A stretch of DNA of 64,000 nt from contig OX597833.1 of assembly GCA_951406725.2 (NCBI GenBank), positions 33,852,001 through 33,916,000 of the forward strand. Reading direction: 5' to 3'. The notes beneath the pieces are model-generated. The model saw only the letters and a list, made by a program, of their open reading frames with translations. It was not told the origin of the DNA and ran no database searches. This DNA is from Octopus vulgaris. Its lineage: Eukaryota. The first letter of the stretch is position 1. Every line of letters begins with the position of its first letter. The position numbers and the translations under genes were made by a program. Of this stretch, positions 1 to 12,566 are shown one piece after another.

Positions 1-241
1 GAACCACGAAAAAAGTTTACAGGATTTTTGTAGAGTTTTGAATTTTTTAAGCAATAATTTTTTTTTCTTTTGTAATTGTCTGATAATACAGACATAGACT
101 AACCCAAATGCATCAATAAATTAACATTGATATTTTTTCACTATAAATGAAACAGTCAAAGCGCGATATTTGAACAATTTTGCTATTCAACTTCAAAAAG
201 GGACGCAAAGCAGCTGAAACTGCTCGCGTATCAGCGAAACG

Positions 242-3200
242 CCCGAGTCGAACCCTAATTTTGCTGTGTTGGATTGATTTTTGTGCTTTGTTGGATTGCG
301 TTATTGTGTTGAGGAAAGGTGGTTGAAGTTTGTTAAAGTTTGTTTTGTTGTTGAACTGTTTATTAATTGTTTGTGGAATAATTGTTGTTTTACCTCCGTG
401 CGGTGTGGCCTTCATTGTGGCTTGTGTGGAAGGGCCAAGAGGAGAGGGGAGGGGGTGCATGGTCGGGGAGGAGGAGGAGAAAGTGGATGAGGGGCATCTG
501 AGTGATTCTGTCGAGGAGTGCTCAATGTTGGGAAGGGAAGTGCCAGCTGCAGCGAGGAGGAGAATGGAAGCTCCAAGTACGCTAGCGGGGAAAGGAGCTG
601 AGGAGAGGGAGGAGGCTCGACTTCGTCGCAGTCGCAGGAGTGAGGATTGAAGGAGTTGATCTGAATAATGTTGATCAACACAGGAAGGTAGTGTCAAGAA
701 AGGGGCACGAAATTGAGGTGGCCCCTCCAGGGGGTATTCTGGAGGATGTTGAAGGAAAGACTTTGATATGCAGGACGTGTAGGGTGAGGAAGGGGAGGGT
801 CGAATGTGTAACTGAGGCAGAGATTAAAGATTGCGTGGTGCCAATGTGGCACAAGGTAGAGTGTATTGCGGGGGAAGGAGGTGTGGGACGGTGGAGATTA
901 GAATGGAGTCCGAAGAGGAAGCTCGACTCCATTTTGTCGACCCATTGAAGACAGAAGTGGTTCTTTTGCCCATGTACATGGGTGGAGTAGCGTCCGGAAT
1001 TACTGTGAGTAGCATTCCCATTGTGGTGGACGCTGAGTGGCTCGTCACGGCTGTAACCATGGGCCTGGAGGAAAGAATCACTGTGCTGCAGGCCGAGGTG
1101 ATGGATTCACGTAACTGGTACGGCCGGAGCATTGGGTTGATTATACAAGCGAAACGGACCACACTGGAAGAAGTCAGCGAGGTCTTCGAGGTTGGTGGGA
1201 CCCGACTGGTGGTTGCAGTAGAGGGTCGCCGGTCTGTATGCTTCTAGTGTGGAAAAAAAGGCCACCTCAGGGTGGACTATAAAAGCAAGGAGACTGAAGA
1301 AAAAGGAGGAAGAAGAGAAGGAACAAGTGGTGGTTGAACCTATTTCACAGGAGAATCGAACGCCAATGCCAGAAAAAGGGGAGGAGTGGTCAATTGTTCA
1401 GAAACAAGAGGAAAATAAAACGACTCTCCCCAGAAAAAGATAAAGATAAAACAGAGACTCGTATAATCAAAAAAGCAAAAAAACTCGAGAAAAAAAGATG
1501 GGGATAGTTGCTATATGGCGGTACGCGTCTCGAATAGAGACCTGGTGAACCGCCTGATAACATTACACTTGGGAAAAATAGCGAGTGAAAACAAGAAAGA
1601 AGGAATAGAATTTTTTAAAACAACAACCAAAATTCATAAGATACTAACGAAAGACTATAGGAAAGATGTAGGCTGACCCAGGCTGGGTGTTACCACAACT
1701 ATATATGGGGACCTCATTGTTCCGACACCACCATCCGGGGAGAAAGAAGAGGAGGCAGCCCCCCCCCCCCGCCGCCTCCAGACACCGATTAAAACGGTAA
1801 GTTGTTTTTTTTGCTATGGCTGTTCACTTAGGATGCATAAATTTGCGTAGCTTGGCGTCGAGCTGGAAACAAGGACATTTCCTAAATGACGTCAGGTCAC
1901 AATGTTTAGATGTTATTGTTACTACTGAAACTCGGTTAAAAGGGCCAAGAGATCTGCTCCCGCTCCTGAAAGGCTACGAGAAATTCATTTCTCCAGGTCG
2001 ACCGGGGGATGGGGTGGGGTGTTGGTCCTACTTAAAAGAAACCGAGTTTCAGAGAAAAGGTCAATTTTTTCTGATCCAGAAGGCAGGCTGGTCGTTTTAG
2101 ACCTGACGTTCAGTTGTGGTAAGGAAATCAGGCTGGTGGCTTTTTATGCACCCAATTCGAGTCAGACTGACTATTACCGAGATTTGGAGAAGTTTCTAGG
2201 CACATCACGTTCACTAGTTGTATTAGGAAACTTTAACACTATTCTCGATGTGCGCGTGGATAGTGTTGGCTCTAATTCTGATAGGAGACTTAACATTGGC
2301 TTCCGGGATCTACTCAGTCGCTTTCAGCTAGTAGATCCCTACAGACTAGAATTTTCGAACGCTCCATTATGGACATGGTCAATTGGCGACGGGTCTTCGA
2401 GGTCTTATATAGATAGGATTTTAATTAGAAAAATAGATAAAGATATAGTTACGCCTCCACAGTATGACCTGGTCAGTTACAGTGACCGCAAGATGGTCAC
2501 TTATAAACTGTACCTAAATAAGTTATAAAGTAAGGATTCCGGCTACTGGAAACTCAATAAGTCATTTTTGGCGATTGAGGAGTACAGGAGTCGGATTAAG
2601 TTATTAATACAGAGGGCGTTGACCGGTTCCATTATTAACAGCAAATGGTGGTACGCCCTCAAAGAGCCATTAAATTTGAGTCTATTAGATATAGTGCAGA
2701 TTTAGTGGCTAGAGGGCGTAGAAGGTAATTAGAATTAGTTAAGGCCCTAGAGGAAGCCATGAGAACTGGCGACGCATCTCAGGTGAGGGCGAAGAGACTG
2801 GAGTTAAACCAGCACCTCGAAACCAATTACATGGGAGGTATCGTCAGAGCTAGACTTGGTGCAATGGGCAGCGAAAGAATCAAGGCCGCTGGATGGGTAT
2901 GTGTTGTGAAGGCTCAACGTGGAAACGATTCCATAATTCGATCTTTGAGGAATTCACAAAAACGATCTTTGATGAATTCACAAGGTGAGTTGATAAACAA
3001 ACCTGAGGATATGTGTCGGACTTTTCAGGAGCACTTCGCCCAGCTTTTCGTGGGGAGCGACGGACCGGATAGTAGCACAGACCTTATGGACTTCCTCTAC
3101 TGAATGCAGAGATGAAAATTTTGGCCAAGGTGTTAGCAAAAAGATTGACGCGTGTCGCGGATGGCCTGATCGATCGGGTTGGCACAGACCTGTGCGGTCC

Positions 3201-4683
3201 CCGGCAGAACCATCCAGGACAATTTTCATCTTATACGCTACACTGTAGAAGGGTATGGTAATGATTCTGGCAAAGGTGGGGCACTGGTCCATTTAGACCA
3301 AATGCATTCGATAGGGTAGACCAGGTAGCAAAAATTAACCAGGAAAAGTCGGTTGGCTTGCAACTCAGCACCTGGAGGGGTAAGTCGATGCCTTCGAATA
3401 GCGTCGAGGGACGCTGGACGGAGGGCCCGGTTAAGTTGCTAGGAATCTGGTTTGGTCCAGATCTCCAGATAGAAAAGAGCTAATCCTAGGTATCGAGCAA
3501 GGTGACCCACATAGTCAAGACCTGGTCTTAGCGGTGGCTTTCCTTGAAAAGGATAGCGGAGGTGGCTAATGTGTTTATCGCATCGGTCATCGTTTACCGC
3601 CTAACCGTCGTTCCTTGTCCAGGTTCGTGGCTGAGAAAGTTGGAGAGGCAAATCTTTCGCTTTTTGTGGAAGAACTCCGCCCCATTTGTAAGACTTCTAT
3701 TTGCTGTCAAAAGCCGTTAAAGGGTGAGTTAGGGATGCCTTGTCTGTTGATGCGCAAACCTGGATGGCGAACGGATGTGGTCTCCGCTCGCTAGACGGAT
3801 GTTCCCCAGCTTTACCAGTTTTGGTGGTAGAGAAAACTGGTTTCATCAAAGATCGAGGTTAGGTACCAGGTACACGGAGTGCCGCAAGGCTTTCCTCCAG
3901 TTCCGCAACTCGTGCAACACCAGCGGTTTCGGTACCACCACGCTTACTATAGTAGGCTGGTAGAGGCAGGAAATGATGATGCCCTGGGAAGGACCCTGGG
4001 TCTCGGTGATAATCACTTAGACAGCCTGTTCCGAATAACATTCGGGCCGAAGGCACTGAATAACTTCCAAAATTCTTTGACCTGGCAGTGTTACCGAGAA
4101 GCCCTACCCGTTTGAGATAAGCTCATCGGACACGGCCGCTCTGGGCCGTCGGCCTGTCCAAGATGCGAACAGGATGTAGAAACCGCCCTGCACGATATTG
4201 TTCAGTGCCCGGGTATATCAGAAGTGTGGACTTATGCAGTACAGCTATCGTCTGAGTCAATCCTAAAAATTAACCCACCAGATTTCCTTACGGAAAAAGG
4301 TAAGATTGCTTTCTTGTAGCAGTAGAAATGCGGGAGAGGTGATATGGCCTGAAAAAGAAGGTGGGGCTGGAGAAGAAGTGTCTGTCAGCAAGTATATTAA
4401 AAAAAGATGGATGCGTGTAGGACGTACGTTGGGAGTAAAAGGCTCTGCGTGAGCACGTCATAGAGATTACCGAGGCGTCGGTATTAAAGACAGGGATCGT
4501 GGGGTCGGAGCGTACCTCTCTTTTAATGCCTCATTGTGTTATTGTGTATATGTAAATGTTTTTTGTGTTTCATTCGATAATCATCAGCCATTATACATTT
4601 TTAAACCCATTCGTTTGTATATGACCCCGTTCATATTGTGTTGTCTCCCACTTTGTACATCTGTATGGGCAATGATAAAACGT
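242..4683 (+). mobile_element. Tx1/L1-clade non-LTR retrotransposon, decayed (element A)
   Basis: GT-rich 5' UTR; broken ORF1 with a zinc-knuckle remnant (CF*CGKKGH, ~1239-1270); ORF2 from 1816 with APE endonuclease motifs (INLRSL, FYAPN, LGNFN, SYIDRI, SDRK), a deleted RT and a C-terminal CPRC..ET..H..C knuckle; A-rich 3' end. Confidence 0.88.
1816..4450 (+). pseudogene. Tx1 ORF2 (APE endonuclease / partial RT / zinc knuckle), frameshifted
   Basis: ORF fragments 1816-2100, 2019-2528, 2759-3103, 3775-3963 and 3879-4115 are collinear with Tx1-type ORF2; central RT motifs are largely deleted. Confidence 0.85.
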
Positions 4684-4692
4684 AGCGAAACG

Positions 4693-6297
4693 TTCGCTTC
4701 GAGAATTTGAATTGTAAGTTCATGTTTGCTATTGTTTTTTGAAAGGTGTTGTATTGTTTTTTTGTGCTGCTTTGCAGCTGTTGTATGATCGTGCTGTCCC
4801 TCAACGTTTTGAGGAGAGATGGCTGAGTTTGAAAATGATTTTATTCCGACCACATTGAAATGTAGATGTCGGCGACAGAATTTTCATCGTCTAAGGAAGA
4901 ACTGATCAGGGCTATCATCATAATAGAAAAGTCTTTAAAGGGGAAAAGTTTTGCAGAAGTGGCAGGTGTCTCTAAGAAGGAGGTGAGTCTGGAAAACCTA
5001 AAGAATTTGGTGGAAATGCTGGAGAAGGAGGCTGGTGACATGAAATTGTCACCACTGAATTACATACTTAAAAACATGGAAGAAAGCAGAATTGCTTATA
5101 AAGTATATTCAATCAAGGAGAGAAGAATTGAAAATGAGGCTACGGAGGAAACAGAGAAAGCATTGAAGCCAATCTGGCATCATATCTTGCCAGAGGAAGC
5201 AGTTACGGCACTGCTGTGCATTTCAAAGAGAAAGAAAAGGCAAAGGAGCACTCGGCAAATACAATGAAGACGGGAAGGGTGATCCTCCTACACACATACC
5301 TTGGAAGAAGAACTTCCAGGGTCAGGATGGAGGGAACCCCCACCCCCTGAAATAGACGTGGCTTGGGTGGTGGCGGCAGTACTTCTTGGAAATGAGAAGG
5401 AAGTGGCCGTAGGAGTTGGTGAGGCAAAGTTCTGGATATGTTGATCCAAATTTAAGTAAAAAATGTGGAGAAACTTGCAGAAACGTTGTTAATAGGTGAT
5501 ACAGTAATGAAGGTGTGGGTAGAGGGTAGAGCCCCTCGCTGCTACAATTGTGGCCATTAGAGCGGACGGCCCTCAAAATAACCAACATGCACAGAAGGTC
5601 GAGAAGGAGAAGGAAATGGTGGAAGAGAAAGAGAAAACTGACGAAGAAGGGTGGAGAGTAGCTGGAAGGAAAGAACAGAGGAAGAGGAAGAAGGACAGTC
5701 AAAGTGGACTCCAACCCGTTCCCACCCCATCCACACCCTCTCAACCCTTCCACTGCAGATACCAAACCCACCCATTCCCCACCGACACAGAAACGAAAAA
5801 AAAAAGAAATACAAACATACAAAAATCACAAGGCTCCCCTCCCGTGTGTTATGCTTATGTTTTCTGTAAAGGTGTGGACAGGAGATTGATAGAGAAGTTA
5901 TCACACTGGAAGGACGTAAGGACTGTAAATATGAAAGGAAGTAAAAAAGAAGATATGGTCGCATGCGCATTGGTGTCGGAAGGTCGTATGAAAGAAGTAA
6001 TGGATTACAAAGAAGATTTTAAATATAGAAAATTGGTTTATGATCTAAAGGAAATGCCAAAAGAAATAGAAAACGGTGAGTTAGAGGAAGAACAGGGTAT
6101 AAATATGAACTGGGTATAAAAAGGAAGTAACTGATGCTGCTGAGGTGGGGTAGGGAGCACATTTTCATATATCATTTCATTTTCATTCATGCTATAATAA
6201 TTTTATTTTAATCGTTATATGTCCCCATACGTGTTGTGCCGTCCTTCCGAAACGACGTTAATATCTATGTACGCCTTTTATAGGTAATAAAAAAACA
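4693..6297 (+). mobile_element. ORF1-only non-autonomous Tx1-related retroelement (element B)
   Basis: GT-rich 5' UTR; ORF pieces 4866-5267, ~5264-5400 and 5550-6119 align by eye to ORF1 of element A; no ORF2; 3' tail similar to A, ending AATAAAAAAA. Confidence 0.72.
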
Positions 6298-7310
6298 CAA
6301 CGAAACGTTTGGTGAGGAAATGACCAATGAATGGTCAGCTCGAAAATGGTTTAAACCATTTTGCAGAGGAGCCCTTGAAGATCGTGAGCGTAGTGGGCGC
6401 CCATCTGTCATCGATGACGGTCAATTAAAGACCATCATTGAGAAAGATCCACGTAAAACTACTCGAGAACTGGCAAAAGAACTTCAAGTTAGCCAGAAAA
6501 CTGCCTGTAATCAGTTGCATGCGATCGGAAAATTAAAACAGCTCGACAAATGGGTACCACACGATTTGAATGAAAATCAGAAAATGCATAGATATGAAAT
6601 TTGTTCGTCGCTTCTTCTCCATAACCAGACTGCTCCATTTCTCGACCATATAGTAACTTGTGATGAAAGGTGGATTCTGTACAATAATAAAAAACGTTCT
6701 TCGCGGTGGTTGGGCCAAAATGAAACACCGAAAACCTTCCCTAAACTTGAGCTCTTCAAACAGACGGTTACGGTGGCCGTTTGGTGGTATAGTGCTGGAC
6801 TCATCCACTATAACTTCTTAAAACCCAGAAAACCATTACTGCAGAAACATATTACCATGAAATTGCCGAAATGAACGAAAAGCTGCCTCTCCTCAGTCCC
6901 ACATTGGTCAACAGAAGAGGGCCAATCATTCTTCATGACAATGCTCGACCACACGTTTCACTAATAACGCTCCAGAAGTTGAGGGACCTTGGCTACAAAG
7001 TTATTCCCCAACCAGCTTATTCCCCAGACCTTTCTCCTACTGACTACCACTTTTACAAGCACCTTGATAGTTTCCTGCAAGAGAAGGAATTCAAAAATCA
7101 AACCGATGCTGAAAGTGCGTTCAAAGAGTTCATCAGCTCCAGAACTCCAGATTTTTATGTTACCGGAGTAATCAAACTTGTAACTCGTTGGCAAAAATGT
7201 GTTGATTGTAATGGTACTTACTTTGATGAATGAAATTTCCGTATTGTTGAAATATATTGTGATGAATTTCATGTTTCAAAATGTTGCTTACTTTTTTACT
7301 CAGCCAGATA

Positions 7311-8400
7311 TTTTCAAGTCAACAACTTTTGTACAGATACGTCTTGCCATACTTTATGCGATGTTCTTTTTGATGTATAAAGGATGGCAAGAGTAGAAGT
7401 TTAAGTATTGATGTGTCTCTTGTCTTGCATAATATATCCGTTGTGACTGTAGAGTTGCGTATCTTTACGTGAATGTCTAGGGATGGGAAGTCAGTATGAC
7501 TAGTTTCTGTCGTGAATTTAATAGATAAGTGAAATGTGTGCATAATGTTATTGAATATTTGTAGATCATCATTTGATTTCTCAAAAAAATAAAGCAGTCA
7601 TGGGGAAGCGTGTCCAATTTTCAGTAAAATATTTCTTGAAATTTTGGCCAAAAGTTTTCTATACTTCCTCGTATAGTTTTCCTTGTAAAACCTCATCACC
7701 AGGTTAGCATATGAAAGCGCAAAGTTCGTCTCCATTACTGTGCCCTTTATTTGTCGATGTATTTTACCATCAAAACTATAGCTGTTCTCCTCTAATACTA
7801 GACGTACGACCTTGGTAATAAAGTCCGTTTTAAAATGTTAATTTAGCCTCTCTGTTTTTCTACCCAGTGTTTGATTGCTTCCAGGCCCAAAGTATGAAGC
7901 ATACTAGTATAAAGGTTACTTACAGCAAAGCTTATAAGGACAGTTCCTTCTGGAACAGTGGGTGGGAAGTATTTGAGAAAATCTATATCGTTTCGTATAT
8001 AGCCAGGTATTAATGGTCTTAAGGGATTAAAGAGTATATCCAAAAGATGACTAGGTTGTTGTGTTGGGGATTGTGGCCCAGCATCTTTTGGTTCCAATTT
8101 GAGATCAGTAGGTCTTTGTACTTTTATGTATTGGTTCTTCTACTCTCTAATGGCTCTCTATATTTCCGAGCTTTTATGGATCATGGATAATCCATAGAAA
8201 TTACTCTCCTTAATTTCTGAAGAACATAAGCAATTTATTTCTTTATCTGTGAAGAAGTTTGGGAATTGATTAATTATTGTTTTGATCTTATTGATTGTTG
8301 TTTACTTCTGAATTTCTTGTTTCTTCTTTTTAATAATATTGATCTGTTAGATATTTTCTGTTAAAATGTCTTATTGACAAGATTCATTTCTTCACCTCCC
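7311..8400 (-). mobile_element. Penelope-like element, RT fragment
   Basis: Minus-strand ORFs 7843-8097 (LDILFNPL..GYIRNDIDFL..ISFAVSNLYTS) and 7319-7543 (FPSLDIHV..TDILCK.RDT) match PLE RT motifs. Confidence 0.82.
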
Positions 8401-8482
8401 TGAAGAGAAGATTACATTGTTTTACACCATTTTATTCCTTTAGAATAATACCAGTGATATATTCGAAACACGTGTCGGAAGT
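8394..8482 (+). ncRNA. Type I hammerhead ribozyme motif (PLE-associated)
   Basis: acctcc-CTGAAGA-gaa...ttc-GAAAC-acgt-GTC-ggaagt; palindromic stem III, GUC triplet, adjacent to the PLE RT. Confidence 0.68.
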
Positions 8483-8670
8483 AAAAGAATTTGAATAATA
8501 CCTGCGTTTAACTCCATTTATTTATTTATATATATTATACAAAATATTTCACGTAAACCCGAAGTTTCTACCTTTGAAAATAAGGAGTTACAACCTTTTT
8601 ACTCGTGTGATTTTTTGCTACCCTGTTTTCCGCGTTAATTGTTAACAAGGGAAAAATACACACATATATT

Positions 8671-8722
<52 letters not shown>

Positions 8723-8936
8723 CACAATGTAGGTAAAGACATTTGAGAAATTTGAAAAGTTAACAAGAAACCGGAAATTTCTTCAAAAACTATGTTACTG
8801 TATGAAAGATTTTATAACATTCTTCTAACATAACGACTTAAATATATTCTTTAACCTTATAAAACAAGCCTTCTGTATTTCTTTCACTCTTTTCTATTTT
8901 CTATACATTCAACAACGTGCTTTCACACTCCAACTT

Positions 8937-9019
<83 letters not shown>

Positions 9020-9033
9020 TGTATGTATGTATG

Positions 9034-9084
<51 letters not shown>

Positions 9085-9111
9085 GTATGTATATATGTAC
9101 TTATATATGAG

Positions 9112-9186
<75 letters not shown>

Positions 9187-9895
9187 TATTCATTTGTTTC
9201 TTTCAAACCTCAGCCAGTCTGACAACTACTTTAACAATTAAAGGATAATATACGTTTGAGTCACCTATGTCACTGGCGACATAAATATCACTATACACAC
9301 ATGTGATAGAATTAACTCGTTTCGAATGAAATTGCCAATAATCCATTCAATTTGTTATTGTGAATTTAGCTGCAATGCCATCCTATACACGTGAACAACA
9401 TAAGTTTGCTCATCTGTAATGGGTACCACCCACGTGCCAGATCAGCTCCATCTGTCTATCCAGCTGTTATATCCAGCTTTAAAGAATACTTTTCTGGACC
9501 TGATGAGAAAGTCTTAATTTTTGAGTTACAACTACGTCTCTACGTTCTGAGTTCAAATTCTGCCAAGATCGATTTTGCCTTTCATCCTTTCGGGATCAGT
9601 GGAATAAGTACCAGTCATGTATTAGGGATGGATGTGTAATCTGTCATTAATTGCTGTGCAACGCTGAACTCAAAACTTCTGATGGAAGAGTTTGAATAAT
9701 TAACATCTGGAAACATGTGTGTGCGTGCGGGTGGGAGATCACCATAATATATATATATATATGAATACCTTTCTCCATGTGATAGGCTTGAAAAAAAATT
9801 GTTAAAATACTTAGATATTCTCCTACTCTTCTTAACATGAAACCAATGGTAGCCTTAATTCATATATATATATTAATATATTAGTATATACTGTT

Positions 9896-10167
9896 GTGTC
9901 TGGGGAGAGTCATTTTCTTTTTTGCCTTATAATTTAACGCACTCACCAGTAAAATTACTACTTCTTTCTTATTTTTTGTAGCTTACAGTTTTTATCCAGT
10001 TTGACACGTGATATGGCAAGAAAATTTTAGATATTTAAATCTCAATTAAACACTTACGTATACATACATATACAAATATATATACATTCAAAGAAATAAG
10101 TGGAAATTTTCCCGGTGAGTGTTTTAAATTATAAGGCACAAAAAGAAAATTACTCTCCCCAGACACA
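9896..10167. repeat. Fold-back element with ~55-bp imperfect inverted arms
   Basis: tgtctggggagagtcattttc...cactcacc versus ggtgagtg...gaaaattactctccccagaca. Confidence 0.7.
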
Positions 10168-10635
10168 AAAGAATATGCTTCAACACATGAACTCACATAA
10201 AAAATCTTGCAAACCATATCCAAAAACGAAATATATGTGGTGGGGGGATTTTTTCAATGTTTGCAAATAACACGGAAAAAATAAATAAATAGTTACCAGG
10301 GTAGCAAAAATTCACACAAGTCTCAAATGGATTTGAAGGGGCTCTTTTCTGGTCACCACTTTGCCCTATATTTTTATATATTTATATTTATATTATTTCA
10401 GTTTCATTGCCTTGAATTTTTAGTCACTTTTATTATGCATTAATTTAATCCATGTATTTTTCTTCATTCGACTTCACTCGTATTACCCTTTTAGGTTTTA
10501 TCCCTTTTTACTCGTATATATGTGTATATTTTATATATTGGGTTTTACCATTGGATGCCCTGATGTTTTAATTTATAATAATATGGGAATGTCATAATGT
10601 TGTTTTGACCAATATTAAACCAATTGGAGCGTTTA

Positions 10636-10671
<36 letters not shown>

Positions 10672-10672
<1 letters not shown>

Positions 10673-11102
10673 TCTACTCTTTTTACTCTTTTACTTGTTT
10701 CAGTCATTTGACTGTGGCCATACTGAAGCACTGCCTTTAGTCGAGCACACCGACCCCAAGACTTATTCTTTGTAAGCCTAGTACTTATTCTATAGGTCTC
10801 TTTTGCCGAACCGCTAAGTTACAGGGACGTAAACACACCAGCATTGGTTGTCAAGTGATGTTGGGGGACAAACACAGACACACAAACATATACACACACA
10901 CATACATACATACACACACACACATATATATATACATACGACGGGTTCCTTTCAGTTTCCGTCTACCAAATCCCCTCACAAGGCTTTGGTTGGCTCGAGG
11001 CTATAGTAGAAGACACTTGCCCAAGGTGCCACGCAGTGGGACTGAACCCGGAACCATGTAGTTCGTAAGCAAGCTACTTACCACACTGCCACTCCTACGC
11101 CT
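10672..11102 (-). mobile_element. tRNA-derived SINE, family 1
   Basis: Reverse complement starts aggcgtaggagtggcagtgtggtaag with B-box ggttccgggttcagtccc; tail of (gagtaaaa)n; many copies in the window. Confidence 0.88.
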
Positions 11103-11272
11103 GATGTATGTATATATATATTATATTCAAGATAGTGCTCTAGCGCGGCTACAGTCCAAACATTGAAGCAAGTAAAAGAATAATAAAATAGCATTTCGCT
11201 TTTCTTATAAATGTTTTCTTTCGGTGTAGCTAATCCGATAAATTCCAAAGTAACTTGCGTACTCTCTTGCAG

Positions 11273-11509
11273 AAAAGAATGCCATCAGTAGAAAGAGAAA
11301 TGTCGGAAGCACTAAAAAATTCAATGTAACTGGATCGAAGAACGGCTATAGCAATAAAGAATCTATTGATTATAAAGATAGTGATGTTGATAGTAACATC
11401 AACGGATATATCAATGTTGAAGGTGACTCGTTTCATAGTGTTAAACAAGTGCAATCAGCAGTCCAACGAAAAGAACCTTTTATTGATGGCCAAATCATCC
11501 ACAGATCAA
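11273..11509 (+). CDS. Host gene internal exon A (polar pro-region-like, phase 1-1)
   Basis: ctctcttgcag acceptor, gtaaga donor, 237 nt open: KNAISRKRNVGSTKKFNVTGSKNGYSNKESIDYKDSDVDSNINGYINVEGDSFHSVKQVQSAVQRKEPFIDGQIIHRS; unique non-repeat sequence. Confidence 0.72.
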
Positions 11510-11637
11510 GTAAGATTTGATTTCCTTTAATCTCCCTAAATTATTGTTTTCTTTTGTAAGTTATTGTTTTGCTTTTCGCTTTGACTTTTCTGATCATTTT
11601 TATTCTGCTGCAGCAAAACATATTCCTTCTTGCAGTG

Positions 11638-11732
11638 TTTGTTGTTGTTGTTGTTGTTGTTGTAGTTGTTGCTGTTGTTGTAGTTGTAGTAGTAGTAGTA
11701 GTAGTTGTAGTAGTAGTAGTAGTTGTTGTTGC

Positions 11733-11775
<43 letters not shown>

Positions 11776-11794
11776 GCTGTTGTTGTTGTTGTTG
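11638..11794. repeat. (GTT/GTA/GCT)n microsatellite
   Basis: Direct observation; explains the poly-Cys and poly-Val ORFs. Confidence 0.95.
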
Positions 11795-11869
11795 ACGCTT
11801 TTGCTCTGGCAGATGTTATACCGACTCTACGCCAAAAGAGAGAGCCATATCAAATGGCCAAAGATGCTT

Positions 11870-12175
11870 TAGATCATTCCTTCTTCAACTTTCTAACACC
11901 TTCCTTAGTATCCTTGCTTAACAATGCTGTTTTCTGCAATAGCCCCGTTCGAATGGTAATTCCTAGCTTTTCAAGCCATGCATCCAACCTTTCACTAATT
12001 ATTCGCAGTGCGTCAATTACAATCTGTACCACTTCTACGTACCTGATTCTCCTTAGTTTCCTGATTTCCCTCTCCAGCTTCTGATATTTCTCCACCTTCC
12101 CACTTTCCTTCTCATTCACCCTGTAGTCCCAAAGTGGGGTAACATCCACAATAATTACTTTGTTCTTCTTTTCTA
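11870..12175 (-). mobile_element. R4/Dong-like non-LTR element, C-terminal restriction-like endonuclease fragment
   Basis: ORF 11874-12149: DVT..WD.RV.EKE..KVEKYQ.L.REI...V.VVQIVIDAL...LQKTALL. Confidence 0.78.
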
Positions 12176-12207
12176 CTACAATTATTATTATTAGTATTAG
12201 TATTATT

Positions 12208-12445
12208 AAGTCGGCGAGCTGACAGACTCGCTAGCACGCTGGGCGAAAAGCTTAGCGGTATTTCGTCCTTCGCTATGTTTTAAATTCAAATTCTGCCGAG
12301 GCCGGCTTTGCCTTTCGTCTTTTTGGAGGTCGACAGAATAAGCACCAATCAAATACTGGGGTAGATGTAACGCTTCAAGGTTCTCGCATCGGAGTAACCA
12401 GAGAACATCGAAGAATTTCAAGCCTTGTGCTTATGATAGAAAGGA
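12208..12445 (+). mobile_element. tRNA-derived SINE, family 2
   Basis: cggcgagctgacagactcgctagcacgctgggcgaaa...ttcaaattctgccgag; homologous to 34771 and 49213. Confidence 0.8.
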
Positions 12446-12511
12446 TTATTATTGTTATTATTATTATTGTTGTTGTTGTTATTGTTGTTGTTGGTGGTGG
12501 TGGTGGTATTA

Positions 12512-12565
<54 letters not shown>

Positions 12566-12566
12566 G

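Larger units (their letters stand above)
1..7310 (+). mobile_element. mariner DNA transposon (decayed), split by a 6-kb retroelement insertion at 242-6297
   Basis: N-terminus at ~147-241 (MKQSKRDI*TILLFNFKKGRKAAETAR) resumes at 6301 (ETFGEEMTNEWSARKWF). ORFs 6320-6874 and 6871-7233 carry WVPHDL, TCDERWI, HDNARPH and YSPDLSPTDYH motifs. 3' end near 7310 at a TA. Confidence 0.93.

Noticed and set aside
6128-6262. ctgatgc...ccgaaacgacgtt in the 3' UTR of element B as a hammerhead
   Set aside because: Core deviates (CTGATGC) and stems I and II do not pair convincingly.
9495-9515. CTGATGA directly followed by GAAA
   Set aside because: No room for stem II and no stem III, so not a hammerhead.
10980-11102. 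tRNA genes at SINE heads
   Set aside because: A/B boxes are present but there is no full cloverleaf and each continues into a SINE body.
11517-12084. Poly-Cys and poly-Val ORFs
   Set aside because: Translations of a (GTT)n microsatellite plus antisense LINE sequence.
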